Source: Bacteroidota bacterium | GTDB lineage: Bacteria > Bacteroidota > Bacteroidia > UKL13-3 | Assembly: GCA_947491825.1 (NCBI GenBank) | Contig: CANLLM010000002.1 | Coordinates: forward strand, 10,503 to 74,502 | Reading direction: 5' to 3' | Length of the DNA stretch: 64,000 nucleotides | Part shown: piece after piece, positions 19,691 to 28,849 of the stretch | Position numbering within the stretch: the stretch's first letter is position 1 | How the letters are laid out: each line of letters opens with the position of its first letter | The notes under the pieces: generated by a model | Seen by the model: the letters and a program-made list of their open reading frames with translations, nothing else | Database searches by the model: none | What the model was told of the DNA's origin: nothing | Made by a program: the position numbers and the translations under genes

Positions 19691-20296
19691 ATGAAAATTT
19701 TAACTGTAATATTATTAACAATAGGCATAAGTCCACTATTTGCTCAAGAAACAAGCCTCCAAACCGCATTCGAGAAAAGTTATCCATCAGAGAAAAGTGC
19801 GAATTATAACGAAGCTTCCCAAGCATTAATGCAGGTATACAGTGAGAAGTCATATGAATTAAATTTACGTTTGGGGTATTTAAAATACATGGCGGGTGCA
19901 TATAATGATGCCATTATTTTTTATAAAAAAGCAATACAAATAATGCCTTATGCCATTGAACCGCGATTAGGTTATGTATACCCAGCAGCGGCACTAAATA
20001 AATGGGATGATGTGATTATACAATATCAAGCAATACTAAAAATTGACCCGAATAATAGCAGTGTTAATTATAAGTTAGGTATTATATACTACAACCGTAA
20101 AAAATATACACAAGCATATAATTTGTTCGAAAAGGTAGTGAATCTTTACCCTTTTGATTATGATGGATTGTTGATGTATGCATGGAATAATTATCGCATG
20201 GGCAAATTACCTCAAGCTAAATTATTATTTAAAAAGGTGTTGTTAATTTCCCCTAATGATAAATCAGCATTAGAAGGATTAGCCCTCATAAAATAA
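19691..20296 (+). CDS. Secreted TPR-repeat protein
   Basis: Signal peptide MKILTVILLTIGISPLFAQ. Several 34-aa TPR-like repeats are visible (…AYNDAIIFYKKAIQIMPYAIEP…, …YTQAYNLFEKVVNLYPFDYDG…, …LPQAKLLFKKVLLISPNDKSA…). Confidence 0.75.
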   Translation: MKILTVILLTIGISPLFAQETSLQTAFEKSYPSEKSANYNEASQALMQVYSEKSYELNLRLGYLKYMAGAYNDAIIFYKKAIQIMPYAIEPRLGYVYPAAALNKWDDVIIQYQAILKIDPNNSSVNYKLGIIYYNRKKYTQAYNLFEKVVNLYPFDYDGLLMYAWNNYRMGKLPQAKLLFKKVLLISPNDKSALEGLALIK

Positions 20297-20526
20297 AAAC
20301 GCAATAAATAATTGAATATATGTTGTCCTTTGTATTCAATATGTTATCACCAATATAACACCTATTGTTTTTGCAGCTATCAAATCGTTGACATCAATAT
20401 TCTACTAACTGTAATTATCAAATAACCAATAAATACAGCCGTTTTACAAATTTAGTTTTTACAACCTTTTAGCTAAAAATTACGTTCATTTTTAACGCTT
20501 TGCAAGCAATGTGTTACCTTAGCGTT

Positions 20527-21141
20527 ATGTTAGTTGAATTACATCCTCAAAATCCAAACCTGCGTGACCTAAAAAAGGTGATGGACATATTACAAAAAGA
20601 TGGGATAATTATTTTACCTACAGATACCATTTATGCCATGGCTTGCAGATTAGACAGTAAAAAGGCAATTGAACGCATGGCACGTGTATCAGGTAAGAAA
20701 TCCGAAAAGATTAACTTCTCCCTTATTTGCTCTGATTTGTCAAACATATCTGATTATACGGCTGTTATTGATAGGGCTGTGTTTCGCTTGCTCAAAAATA
20801 ATTTACCTGGACCATTTACATTTATTTTAAAAGTAAATAATAATGTAACCAAATACTTTAGCGGCAATAAAAAAACAATTGGTATACGGGTACCTGATAA
20901 TGCAATTGCACAAACTATAATAAAAGAATTAGGTACTCCATTAGTAGTAACAACGATTCATCATGATGATGAAATTTTAGAATACATGACTAACCCTGAA
21001 GAAATTCATGAAAAGTTTGAACATATAGTTGATTGTGTTATTGGTGGAGGTGCTGGAGGTAATATCCCTTCAACAATTATTGATTGCAGCGAAAATGAAG
21101 TTAATATAATACGTCAGGGTAAAGGTCAATTAAATTCGTAA
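20527..21141 (+). CDS. L-threonylcarbamoyladenylate synthase family protein (YrdC/YciO/Sua5 domain)
   Basis: YrdC-domain motifs 'ILPTDTIYAMACRL', 'LPGPFTFIL' and 'IGIRVPDN'. The ATG at 20527 (MLVELHPQNP...) is preferred over the upstream start at 20500. Confidence 0.85.
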   Translation: MLVELHPQNPNLRDLKKVMDILQKDGIIILPTDTIYAMACRLDSKKAIERMARVSGKKSEKINFSLICSDLSNISDYTAVIDRAVFRLLKNNLPGPFTFILKVNNNVTKYFSGNKKTIGIRVPDNAIAQTIIKELGTPLVVTTIHHDDEILEYMTNPEEIHEKFEHIVDCVIGGGAGGNIPSTIIDCSENEVNIIRQGKGQLNS

Positions 21142-21146
21142 AACTA

Positions 21147-22013
21147 TTGATTGGTATTAGAAATATCGCTGTTATTTGTAATCCCCAATCGGGGAAAGGC
21201 AAACCATTGAAGCTTTTACCTTCATTTGAAATTTTCATTAAACAGTATGGCTTCAATTATCAGTCATTTACAAATAACCTGCCTCAACATCTGAATAATT
21301 TCACAGATTTGGTAATCATGGGTGGCGATGGTACAATTAACTATACCCTCAATCATTTTAAAAATATTACCATACCAATTGGAATCATTAGTTGTGGAAC
21401 AGGTAATGATATTGCTACCTTACTAATTGGTAAGCAACCAATCCAACATCAATTTGAAACCGCATTGTTTGCAACTCCACAAAAGACAGATGCAGGAGTT
21501 TGTAATAAAAAACTTTTTATAAACGGAGTTGGTATTGGCTTTGATGGTTGGGTAGTTAAAAAGTTAATGGCTAAAAATTTGTTGTATGGAAAGGCGGCAT
21601 ATTACAGTACCGTTATCAGTTTATTGCTTTTCTATAAAGAAACTAAAGTGAAAATTGTTTTAGATGGGGAATGCCATGAGACAAATTTATTTATGCTAAG
21701 TGCTGCTAATGGCAAAACATACGGGGGCGGTTTTAAAGTAGCGCCATTTGCTGAGGTAAATGATGGTTTGCTTGAATTAATCATAATTAATAAGTTACCC
21801 CTTTTAAAACGATTAAAGTATTTGCCAGTAATTGAAAACGGTAAACATTTAGATAAACCCCTTTCATTTTTAAAGTACAAAACGTGTAAAAAAATATCCT
21901 TACAATCAACTCAAAAACTAAAAGCTCATTTAGATGGCGAGTACATGGAAGCCAATAGTTTTGATATAGAAATATTACCTCAGTTTTTAAGCATAAGAAC
22001 AACACTTGGGTAA
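21147..22013 (+). CDS. Diacylglycerol/lipid kinase family protein (YegS/BmrU-like)
   Basis: 'VICNPQSGKGK', 'GGDGTIN' and 'GTGNDIA' motifs of the DAGK catalytic domain. TTG start. Confidence 0.8.
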   Translation: MIGIRNIAVICNPQSGKGKPLKLLPSFEIFIKQYGFNYQSFTNNLPQHLNNFTDLVIMGGDGTINYTLNHFKNITIPIGIISCGTGNDIATLLIGKQPIQHQFETALFATPQKTDAGVCNKKLFINGVGIGFDGWVVKKLMAKNLLYGKAAYYSTVISLLLFYKETKVKIVLDGECHETNLFMLSAANGKTYGGGFKVAPFAEVNDGLLELIIINKLPLLKRLKYLPVIENGKHLDKPLSFLKYKTCKKISLQSTQKLKAHLDGEYMEANSFDIEILPQFLSIRTTLG

Positions 22014-22051
22014 TTTAAATTTTAACCACAATAATTTTACATTTGTAGTTT

Positions 22052-23080
22052 ATGAATCCAATTTTAGTTGAAGTATACAGAGGTGGTTTATTAGAAAGCT
22101 TTCACCGAGGTGTGGTTTGTATAGTTAACCACCAAAATGAGATCGTATTTAGCATAGGTGATACGGAGCAATTATGTTACCCAAGAAGTGCAATGAAACT
22201 GCTTCAGGTAATTCCACTTATAGTTAATGGTGGAATCGAAAAATTCAACTTTACTTTAGAAGAAATTGCCGTAATGTGTGGCTCACACAATGCAGAAAGC
22301 GAACACTTGCGTGTGATAAACTCAATTTTACAAAAAATTGGATTAAGTCCCAATAACTTAAACTGTGGACCACAATACCCAAGTAGTAAAAAAGATGCCA
22401 ATGAATTAATAAAAGCTGATGTTAAGCCGCATGATATTCATAACAATTGCAGCGGTAAACATGCTGGCATGTTGGCCACTTGTGTATTGATGAATTGGCC
22501 AACAGAAGATTATATTAACCCAAACCACCCGCTGCAAAAAACCATTAAAGAAGTTTGTGCCTTAATGTATGAATACCCCGAACAACAAATGATTACTGCC
22601 ATAGATGGTTGCAGTGCACCTATTTTTAGTGTGCCGATAAAAAATCAAGCTGTAGCGTATAAGAATTTGGCGAGCAACAACCATCTACCTCATGCCATAA
22701 AAGCTGCTTGTGAGATTGTAATTAAAGCAGTTAGTGAATTTCCTTTTATGGTGGCAGGAAGTAAAAGATATTGCACCGACATGATGCAAATTACTGCTCC
22801 TGAAATTATAGGTAAAACAGGTGCCGAAGGTGTTTTTTGCATGACATTTACCGAGCAAAAACTTGGCGTATGTATTAAGATTGATGACGGAAAAATGTTA
22901 CCACAATACAATGTTGCACAAGCATTGGTAAATGCAAGCGGATTATTTAGCACTATTGATTTGGCTCCGTTACAACACCATTTGCAGGCACCCATTACCA
23001 ATTTTAACAAACTTACCACAGGAGAAATTAAAGTGAGCGAAACATTGCTGAAGCAATTAGTAACTTTAAAAATTGCATAA
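22052..23080 (+). CDS. Asparaginase family protein (Rhizobium-type L-asparaginase II-like)
   Basis: The N-terminus 'VEVYRGGLLESFHRG' and 'PRSAMKLLQ' resemble the PF06089-type asparaginase family. Size is 342 aa. Recognised from memory of the family, not searched. Confidence 0.7.
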   Translation: MNPILVEVYRGGLLESFHRGVVCIVNHQNEIVFSIGDTEQLCYPRSAMKLLQVIPLIVNGGIEKFNFTLEEIAVMCGSHNAESEHLRVINSILQKIGLSPNNLNCGPQYPSSKKDANELIKADVKPHDIHNNCSGKHAGMLATCVLMNWPTEDYINPNHPLQKTIKEVCALMYEYPEQQMITAIDGCSAPIFSVPIKNQAVAYKNLASNNHLPHAIKAACEIVIKAVSEFPFMVAGSKRYCTDMMQITAPEIIGKTGAEGVFCMTFTEQKLGVCIKIDDGKMLPQYNVAQALVNASGLFSTIDLAPLQHHLQAPITNFNKLTTGEIKVSETLLKQLVTLKIA

Positions 23081-23083
23081 CAC

Positions 23084-23120
23084 AAAAAAGCCGCTCACAA
23101 GTTATTGAAAGCGGCTTTTT
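23084..23120. terminator. Bidirectional rho-independent terminator (asparaginase / lepB convergent pair)
   Basis: Stem aaaagccgct (23086-23095) / agcggctttt (23110-23119) with a 14-nt loop and A/T runs on both sides. Confidence 0.75.
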
Positions 23121-23138
23121 AATATCAAATCGAAGTAA

Positions 23139-24386
23139 TTAATTAATCCCTCTAAAAATTCTGTTCCAACGAATTTTCTTGAAAATATTGGTTTCATTAG
23201 GGTCTAAACTCATCCAAGTAAATAATGCCTTGCCCACTATATGGTCTTCGGGTACAAAGCCCCAAAAACGCGAATCAGCTGAGTTGTGGCGGTTATCACC
23301 CATCATAAAATAATAGTTTTGTTTAAAAGTATATGATGAAATTTCTTTCCCCTCTAAGTAAACTTTATTGTCTTTCATGTCTAGCGTTGGGTTATTTTCA
23401 TAAATCTTAATAGCACGCTCATAAATGAAATAAGATACGGTATCTAGTTTAATTACATCACCTTCTTTGGGTATGTATACGGCACCAAAATTATCTACGT
23501 TCCAACCCCAATTTTCCTTAAACGGAAAGATGTATGCAGCTCCTGCACCTTTGGCTTGTAAAGTATTTTCTACTTTTTTAACCCAACTTTGCTGTAATAA
23601 ATCTTCTTTAGCATTTTTAGTTAACAACAATTCAAAATCACCTTGATCGCTTACACGACCTCCCTCGGTTACATCATTACGTTTAGCAACCTTTTCATCA
23701 AACGAACCATCTGTTTGTACGTAATATTTAAACTGCATTTTAGGCGGATTTTCCGCGGCTAAACCATTAATAAAGACTTGCTGATTAATTACGGCTAAGC
23801 TATCACCTGCAATACCTAAACAACGTTTAATGTAATTTTCTTTTTTATCTAAAGGTCGTCCGTCTTCTGCCGGATAATTAAATACCACTACATCATTATT
23901 TTTAATTTTTTGGAAACCGGGCAAACGCATGTATGGCATATTTGGCCACTCAATATAAGAGTTCCCACCCACTAAAGGCATGGTATTGTGGGCAAATGGA
24001 AAACTAACAGGTGTAATAGGTGCACGAGCACCATAGTTTACTTTACTTACAAACAAAAAATCGCCAACTAGTAACGATTTTTCCATTGATGAGGTAGGTA
24101 TGGTATATGCTTCAATAAAAAATGTACGAATTAAAGTAGCAGCAACTACTGCAAATGCTATAGCATCAATCCACTCACGTGATTTGGTTTTACGTTTAAA
24201 ACGATTAACAAAAATGTAGTAGCCAATTATGGCTGATTGTATCAATATAAAAAACAGAATATTGGTTACAAAAGATGAGCCCAATACAAAGCTCATGATA
24301 ATAAAGAAGAACAAGTTGATGCCGCTCATTAGCCAAAAACTATATTGTTCGCGCTTATTAAGCATGGCAAAAAATTTATTGTACAT
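23139..24386 (-). CDS. lepB: Signal peptidase I
   Basis: S26 motifs 'IPTSSMEKSLLVGD' (catalytic Ser), 'IKRCLGIAGD' (catalytic Lys) and 'GDNRHNSADSRFWGFVP'. Confidence 0.93.
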   Translation of the reverse strand: MYNKFFAMLNKREQYSFWLMSGINLFFFIIMSFVLGSSFVTNILFFILIQSAIIGYYIFVNRFKRKTKSREWIDAIAFAVVAATLIRTFFIEAYTIPTSSMEKSLLVGDFLFVSKVNYGARAPITPVSFPFAHNTMPLVGGNSYIEWPNMPYMRLPGFQKIKNNDVVVFNYPAEDGRPLDKKENYIKRCLGIAGDSLAVINQQVFINGLAAENPPKMQFKYYVQTDGSFDEKVAKRNDVTEGGRVSDQGDFELLLTKNAKEDLLQQSWVKKVENTLQAKGAGAAYIFPFKENWGWNVDNFGAVYIPKEGDVIKLDTVSYFIYERAIKIYENNPTLDMKDNKVYLEGKEISSYTFKQNYYFMMGDNRHNSADSRFWGFVPEDHIVGKALFTWMSLDPNETNIFKKIRWNRIFRGIN

Positions 24387-24497
24387 GTTTTTTTATTTGA
24401 TTAATGTGATGAATGACTTACTTGTTTAAATAACGAGCAAACCTTCATTGTCTGTTTATATATTGTTAAACGGATTAAATTAATTATGGAAGGGCAA

Positions 24498-25241
24498 TTA
24501 AAGATTTAAAATATCTTCCATGGTATAAATACCTTTTTTACCCATTAACCACTCTGCCGCAAGCACAGCACCTTTTGCAAAACCATAACGCGATTTAGCT
24601 ACATGGCGAATTTCTATGCCATCAATAACCGACTCGTATTTCACAAAATGGTCGCCTGTCACATCGGCAACACGTTTTGATTCAATAAGCAATTCGTTAG
24701 GTTTTAAACTTTGTGAAGGCATGTTTTCATTATAAATTAATCGGCCTTTATAACTGTCTTTAAGTTTACTTTCTGCTAATATTTGATTAACCAAAGTTAA
24801 AGCCGTGCCGCTTGGATGGTCTTTTTTCTCGGTATGATGAATTTCCTCAATCATTACATCATAATCTTCTTGTTCGGCCATCATTTTTGCCAACAATTTA
24901 TTTAATTTAAAGAAGATATTTACACCAACACTAAAGTTAGTGCTGTAAACCATGCTTTGTTCTTCAGATAAACAGCGGCTTTTAATCGCACCAAACTGAT
25001 CATACCAACCCGTGGTGCCAATAACTAAAGGGACTTTTGCTTCAAAACATTTATTGATGTTTTCTACTGCAGCATCTGGCATACTAAAGTCTATTGCAAC
25101 ATCAACATTTTGCAAGCTAATTGGCATAAAATCGAAGGAGTTTTCCAAGCTAACTTTGTATACAATTTCGTGACCTTTAGCAAGTGCAATTTTTTCAACT
25201 GCTTTACCCATTTTGCCGTAACCTAATAATGCAATTTTCAT
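24498..25241 (-). CDS. dapB: 4-hydroxy-tetrahydrodipicolinate reductase
   Basis: N-terminal Rossmann 'MKIALLGYGKMGK' and DapB signature 'EIHHTEKKDHPSGTA'. Confidence 0.93.
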   Translation of the reverse strand: MKIALLGYGKMGKAVEKIALAKGHEIVYKVSLENSFDFMPISLQNVDVAIDFSMPDAAVENINKCFEAKVPLVIGTTGWYDQFGAIKSRCLSEEQSMVYSTNFSVGVNIFFKLNKLLAKMMAEQEDYDVMIEEIHHTEKKDHPSGTALTLVNQILAESKLKDSYKGRLIYNENMPSQSLKPNELLIESKRVADVTGDHFVKYESVIDGIEIRHVAKSRYGFAKGAVLAAEWLMGKKGIYTMEDILNL

Positions 25242-25335
25242 CTGATAATGTTGTTATTGAGTTGGAATTGGTTGTGAGGATTAATGTTTATGCGGATTAA
25301 AATTCGTAGTAAAAATACACATTCTCCGCATTTTT

Positions 25336-25962
25336 TTAAAACTTAAACGTAAATAAAATTTGAGAACTTGGTATTGAGCCAACAAATTGATAGGTGGGTT
25401 GTACGTTTAACGATAAATCATCGGTAATTTTAAAATCAAAAAAATGAGCATCAACTGTGGCATCAATAATTTGCAAAATGTAAATAGCACCCAATCCAAT
25501 AAAGGATAAATCACGGTAATAACGGTAATAATCACGGTAACTTTTTAATGTTGGGGTTTGAAACTGATTGTAGTAATTATCTGCATTATTGCCCCTTGTT
25601 AAACGCTCGGAGTATGCCGATTTGAAATTGTTGTATTGTTTGGAGTAAAAGATAATTCCATAAACTGCTGTTCCACCAGCTGCATATACAATAGGCATTT
25701 TCCAGTACTTTTTATTGTATGCTTGTCCAGCACCTGGCAAAAAAACTGATAACAAAGTTGCTTTTTTAGGTGAATGTTTTACAAAAATAGAGGTGTCGTT
25801 TTTAGCTGCTGTATTACGCTTGATACTTCTATATGATGTATCGTTGCTAAAGCCAGCAGGAGTTGAAGTTAAACTATCGTTGATAGGCCCTTGAGCTAGC
25901 ACTCTTTTGCTTACAAAAAACAGCAAAATCGTCATAACACCTAAAATATACTTACTATTCAT
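25336..25962 (-). CDS. DUF5683-like membrane/secreted protein
   Basis: Signal peptide and the motif 'LPGAGQAYNKKYWKMPIVYAAGG'. It sits in the conserved position between dapB and parB seen in Bacteroidota. The ATG at 25962 is preferred over the TTG at 25977. Confidence 0.65.
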   Translation of the reverse strand: MNSKYILGVMTILLFFVSKRVLAQGPINDSLTSTPAGFSNDTSYRSIKRNTAAKNDTSIFVKHSPKKATLLSVFLPGAGQAYNKKYWKMPIVYAAGGTAVYGIIFYSKQYNNFKSAYSERLTRGNNADNYYNQFQTPTLKSYRDYYRYYRDLSFIGLGAIYILQIIDATVDAHFFDFKITDDLSLNVQPTYQFVGSIPSSQILFTFKF

Positions 25963-26240
25963 TTTTAACAATGGCAAATGTAAACAAATTAGGGTGGATT
26001 ATTAAATGTACCAAAAGGTACTTAACAATTGGTACATTAACCAAAGCAGAATCTGTTTGGAGTAATAGCCAAAGTTGGCATAAAAGATATGAAGGGTATA
26101 GTGGCTGCCTGTAAAAGAATTAAATCCCAAATGGACGTAATCAACTTATTTAAATATTCATCAACCAAAGCATTTGAAAATCTTAGAGAACGCTGAGGTA
26201 AAACACTTCCACCTTTATAACGCAGTATCTGAACGAAAGA

Positions 26241-26280
26241 AAACAAAAAACGCCAAACGCGCAATGCGTTTGACGTTTTA
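26241..26280 (-). terminator. Rho-independent terminator after parB
   Basis: On the minus strand, stem gtcaaacgc/gcgtttggc has one mismatch and a 5-nt loop, followed by TTTTTTGTTTTC. Confidence 0.75.
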
Positions 26281-26299
26281 TAATTATAGTTCAAACCAA

Positions 26300-27205
26300 T
26301 TAGTTTTCGTCTAATTGCATCAAGTCTAAAATACGTTGTAATTCAGCTTGCGAACGAAATGGAATTTTAATATTTCCACGTCCTTTGTCATCAGCTTTGA
26401 TGCTAATTTTGGTGTTAAACATATCACTTAAACTTTTTTGATACTCCACCAATGTTTCAGATTTATTAGGCTTAGCAGCAGGTTTATTTGCTTTTGTATC
26501 GTTAGGCTTGTTGTTCTCTTCACGTACCAAGTGCTCTACACTGCGCACGCTTAGTTCGTTGGCCAACATTTGCTCCAACATCCACTCCTGCTTTTTGGGA
26601 TCGTCAACGTTAATAATCGCACGCGCGTGGCCCATAGTAATTTTGCCTTCTTTAAGAGCTAGCTGAACAGAGTCGGGTAATTTTAATAAACGTAAATAAT
26701 TAGTAACAGTGCTTCTGTTTTTACCAACCCTATCTCCTACTTCATCTTGTTTTAAACTGCATTCTTCCATTAAACGCTTGTAGCTTAATCCAATTTCAAT
26801 GGGGTTTAACTCTTCACGTTGTATGTTTTCTATCAATGCCATTTCTAGCATTTCTTGGTCGTTGGCTACACGTATGTAAGCAGGAATCCTAGATAATCCT
26901 GCCAAAATACTGGCACGTGTTCTGCGTTCACCAGATATAATTTGGTAGCTATCGTAACCCATTTTACGAACTGTAATGGGCTGAATAACTCCATGTATTT
27001 TAATCGACTCTGCTAATTCTGCTAAAGCCACTTCTTCAAACTCTGTACGAGGTTGGAATGGGTTAGCTTGTATTTGGCTTATTGATATTTCACTAATTGA
27101 ATTAGCCGGTCTTGCTTCTGTTGCTGTATTGGTAATATCCGTGCTGGCATCAGAAAGTAATGCGCTTAATCCACGACCTAGTCCACTTTTTTTAGGTTGA
27201 CTCAT
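26300..27205 (-). CDS. parB: Chromosome partitioning protein ParB/Spo0J
   Basis: ParB box 'IISGERRTRAS', HTH region 'LKQDEVGDRVGKNRSTVTNYLRLL', N-terminal 'GLGRGLSALL'. Confidence 0.95.
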   Translation of the reverse strand: MSQPKKSGLGRGLSALLSDASTDITNTATEARPANSISEISISQIQANPFQPRTEFEEVALAELAESIKIHGVIQPITVRKMGYDSYQIISGERRTRASILAGLSRIPAYIRVANDQEMLEMALIENIQREELNPIEIGLSYKRLMEECSLKQDEVGDRVGKNRSTVTNYLRLLKLPDSVQLALKEGKITMGHARAIINVDDPKKQEWMLEQMLANELSVRSVEHLVREENNKPNDTKANKPAAKPNKSETLVEYQKSLSDMFNTKISIKADDKGRGNIKIPFRSQAELQRILDLMQLDEN

Positions 27206-27240
27206 AAGTTAATGTTCTTTATATTTTTGTGAGTAAACAA

Positions 27241-28044
27241 TTAATTGAGTGTGCTAGACTCAAACATGTTCATTTTCGTTAAACCATTTTTTTGCAACAA
27301 CTCTTTGGCTAAATTTAAGTAGTTGATTGTACCCTTACACTCAGCATCGTAAGCAATAACTGGCTTCCCAAAACTAGGAGCTTCACTTAAACGAGTATTA
27401 CGCTGTATAATGGTATCAAACACCATTTGTTGGAAGTGCATTTTCACTTCTTCAACAACTTGGTTACTTAATCGTAAGCGCATATCATACATGGTTAATA
27501 ACAAACCTTCTATTTGCAACTCGGGGTTAATGCTGCTTTGAACAATTTTTATCGTGTTCAATAATTTGCCCAAACCTTCCAAAGCAAAATATTCGCACTG
27601 CACTGGAATAATTACACTATCGCTTGCTGTAAGTGAGTTAGTGGTAATAATACCCAATGATGGTGAACAATCAACAATAATAAAATCGTAATCTTTTTTA
27701 ATAGAACTTAAAGCATGGCGTAAAACACGCTCACGATTAGGCACATTAATCAATTCAATTTCGGCACCTACTAAGTCAATATTAGATGGAAGTAAATCTA
27801 AAAAGTCAACTTCAGTTTTTATAATGGCTTCGCGAGCTGATATATCGTTAATCATTACCTCATACAAACCCAACTCAACATTTTTAGGATCGAAACCTAA
27901 GTGAGATGTTGTGTTAGCTTGAGGATCTGCATCTACCACTAATGTTTTGTATTCTAACACGGCTAAACTTGCGGCCAAGTTAACGGCAGTTGTAGTTTTA
28001 CCTACACCACCTTTTTGATTTACTACTGATATTATTTTTCCCAT
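27241..28044 (-). CDS. parA: Chromosome partitioning ATPase ParA/Soj
   Basis: Deviant Walker A 'NQKGGVGKTTT' and Walker B 'DFIIVDCSPSLG'. Confidence 0.95.
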   Translation of the reverse strand: MGKIISVVNQKGGVGKTTTAVNLAASLAVLEYKTLVVDADPQANTTSHLGFDPKNVELGLYEVMINDISAREAIIKTEVDFLDLLPSNIDLVGAEIELINVPNRERVLRHALSSIKKDYDFIIVDCSPSLGIITTNSLTASDSVIIPVQCEYFALEGLGKLLNTIKIVQSSINPELQIEGLLLTMYDMRLRLSNQVVEEVKMHFQQMVFDTIIQRNTRLSEAPSFGKPVIAYDAECKGTINYLNLAKELLQKNGLTKMNMFESSTLN

Positions 28045-28070
28045 GATTATGATAGTCGTTTGTTAAATAA

Positions 28071-28757
28071 TTAAATGGTTATAATGCTGCCCACAGCTGG
28101 AATAATTAATGTTTTTTCGTGCTTTTCGAAATAGTTTTTAGCCTTTTCGTGATCAACTTTAATAAGGTCAAATGTATCAAAATGCATAGCAACTACTTTT
28201 TCACAACCTAACATATCTGCAGCCCTGGTCGCATCTACATACCCCATTGTGAAATTATCACCTATTGGTAAAACTGCTAAATTTATGCGGTACTGTTCGC
28301 CTATATAGCTCATATCGCTATACAATCCAGTATCACCCGCGAAATAAATGGCTTCATTGTTGGCTTCGTTTGATAGCACAAATCCAACAGCTGTGCCTCC
28401 ATAGCTACCGTCAGGCAATGAACTTGAATGAGCAGCATAAACCATTTGTACAGTTCCAAAATCAAAAGTCCATTTACCACCAATATTCATCGGGTGTGTT
28501 TTGGTAATACCTTGCTTGTTTAACCATGCATGAATTTCCCAGTTTGCCACCACGGTTGCACCTGTTTGTTTAGCTAAGTCAACCAAATCTGCAGTATGAT
28601 CTTCATGCCCGTGCGATACCATGATATAATCAGCTTCAAGTTCTGAAAATACTATTTTAGCAGCCAATTCATTTCCCCTTATAAATGGATCAAATACAAT
28701 AAGCTTACCGCTCATCTCCATCTGGAAACATGAATGACCTAAGTATGTTAAACGCAT
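28071..28757 (-). CDS. Metal-dependent hydrolase, metallo-beta-lactamase fold (UPF0173-like)
   Basis: 'HGHEDH' zinc motif, 228 aa, 'MRLTYLGHSCF' N-terminus typical of the UPF0173 family. Confidence 0.8.
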   Translation of the reverse strand: MRLTYLGHSCFQMEMSGKLIVFDPFIRGNELAAKIVFSELEADYIMVSHGHEDHTADLVDLAKQTGATVVANWEIHAWLNKQGITKTHPMNIGGKWTFDFGTVQMVYAAHSSSLPDGSYGGTAVGFVLSNEANNEAIYFAGDTGLYSDMSYIGEQYRINLAVLPIGDNFTMGYVDATRAADMLGCEKVVAMHFDTFDLIKVDHEKAKNYFEKHEKTLIIPAVGSIITI

Positions 28758-28827
28758 AATTTATTCCAACCTATTGTATCAAATAAAATGTTTCACGACA
28801 TCAACATATATACAACCTTACTTTATT

Positions 28828-28849
28828 GTATCCACATAGGTGTGGATAT
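28828..28849. promoter_or_regulatory. Head-to-head pair of DnaA-box-like 9-mers
   Basis: GTATCCACA (28828-28836) and TGTGGATAT (28841-28849, reverse complement ATATCCACA). Each differs from TTATCCACA only at position 1, and they are separated by 4 bp. A third one-mismatch box, TTATCAACA, lies at 28919-28927. Confidence 0.3.

Noticed and set aside
19527-19901. 124-aa minus-strand ORF across the OM-barrel/TPR gene junction
   Set aside because: It is antisense to two signal-peptide-bearing plus-strand genes that are in operon register. Its composition is implausible.
26037-26294. 85-aa minus-strand ORF between parB and the DUF5683 gene
   Set aside because: It runs straight through the parB rho-independent terminator (26241-26280) and has no recognisable features. 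It is probably non-coding leader sequence.
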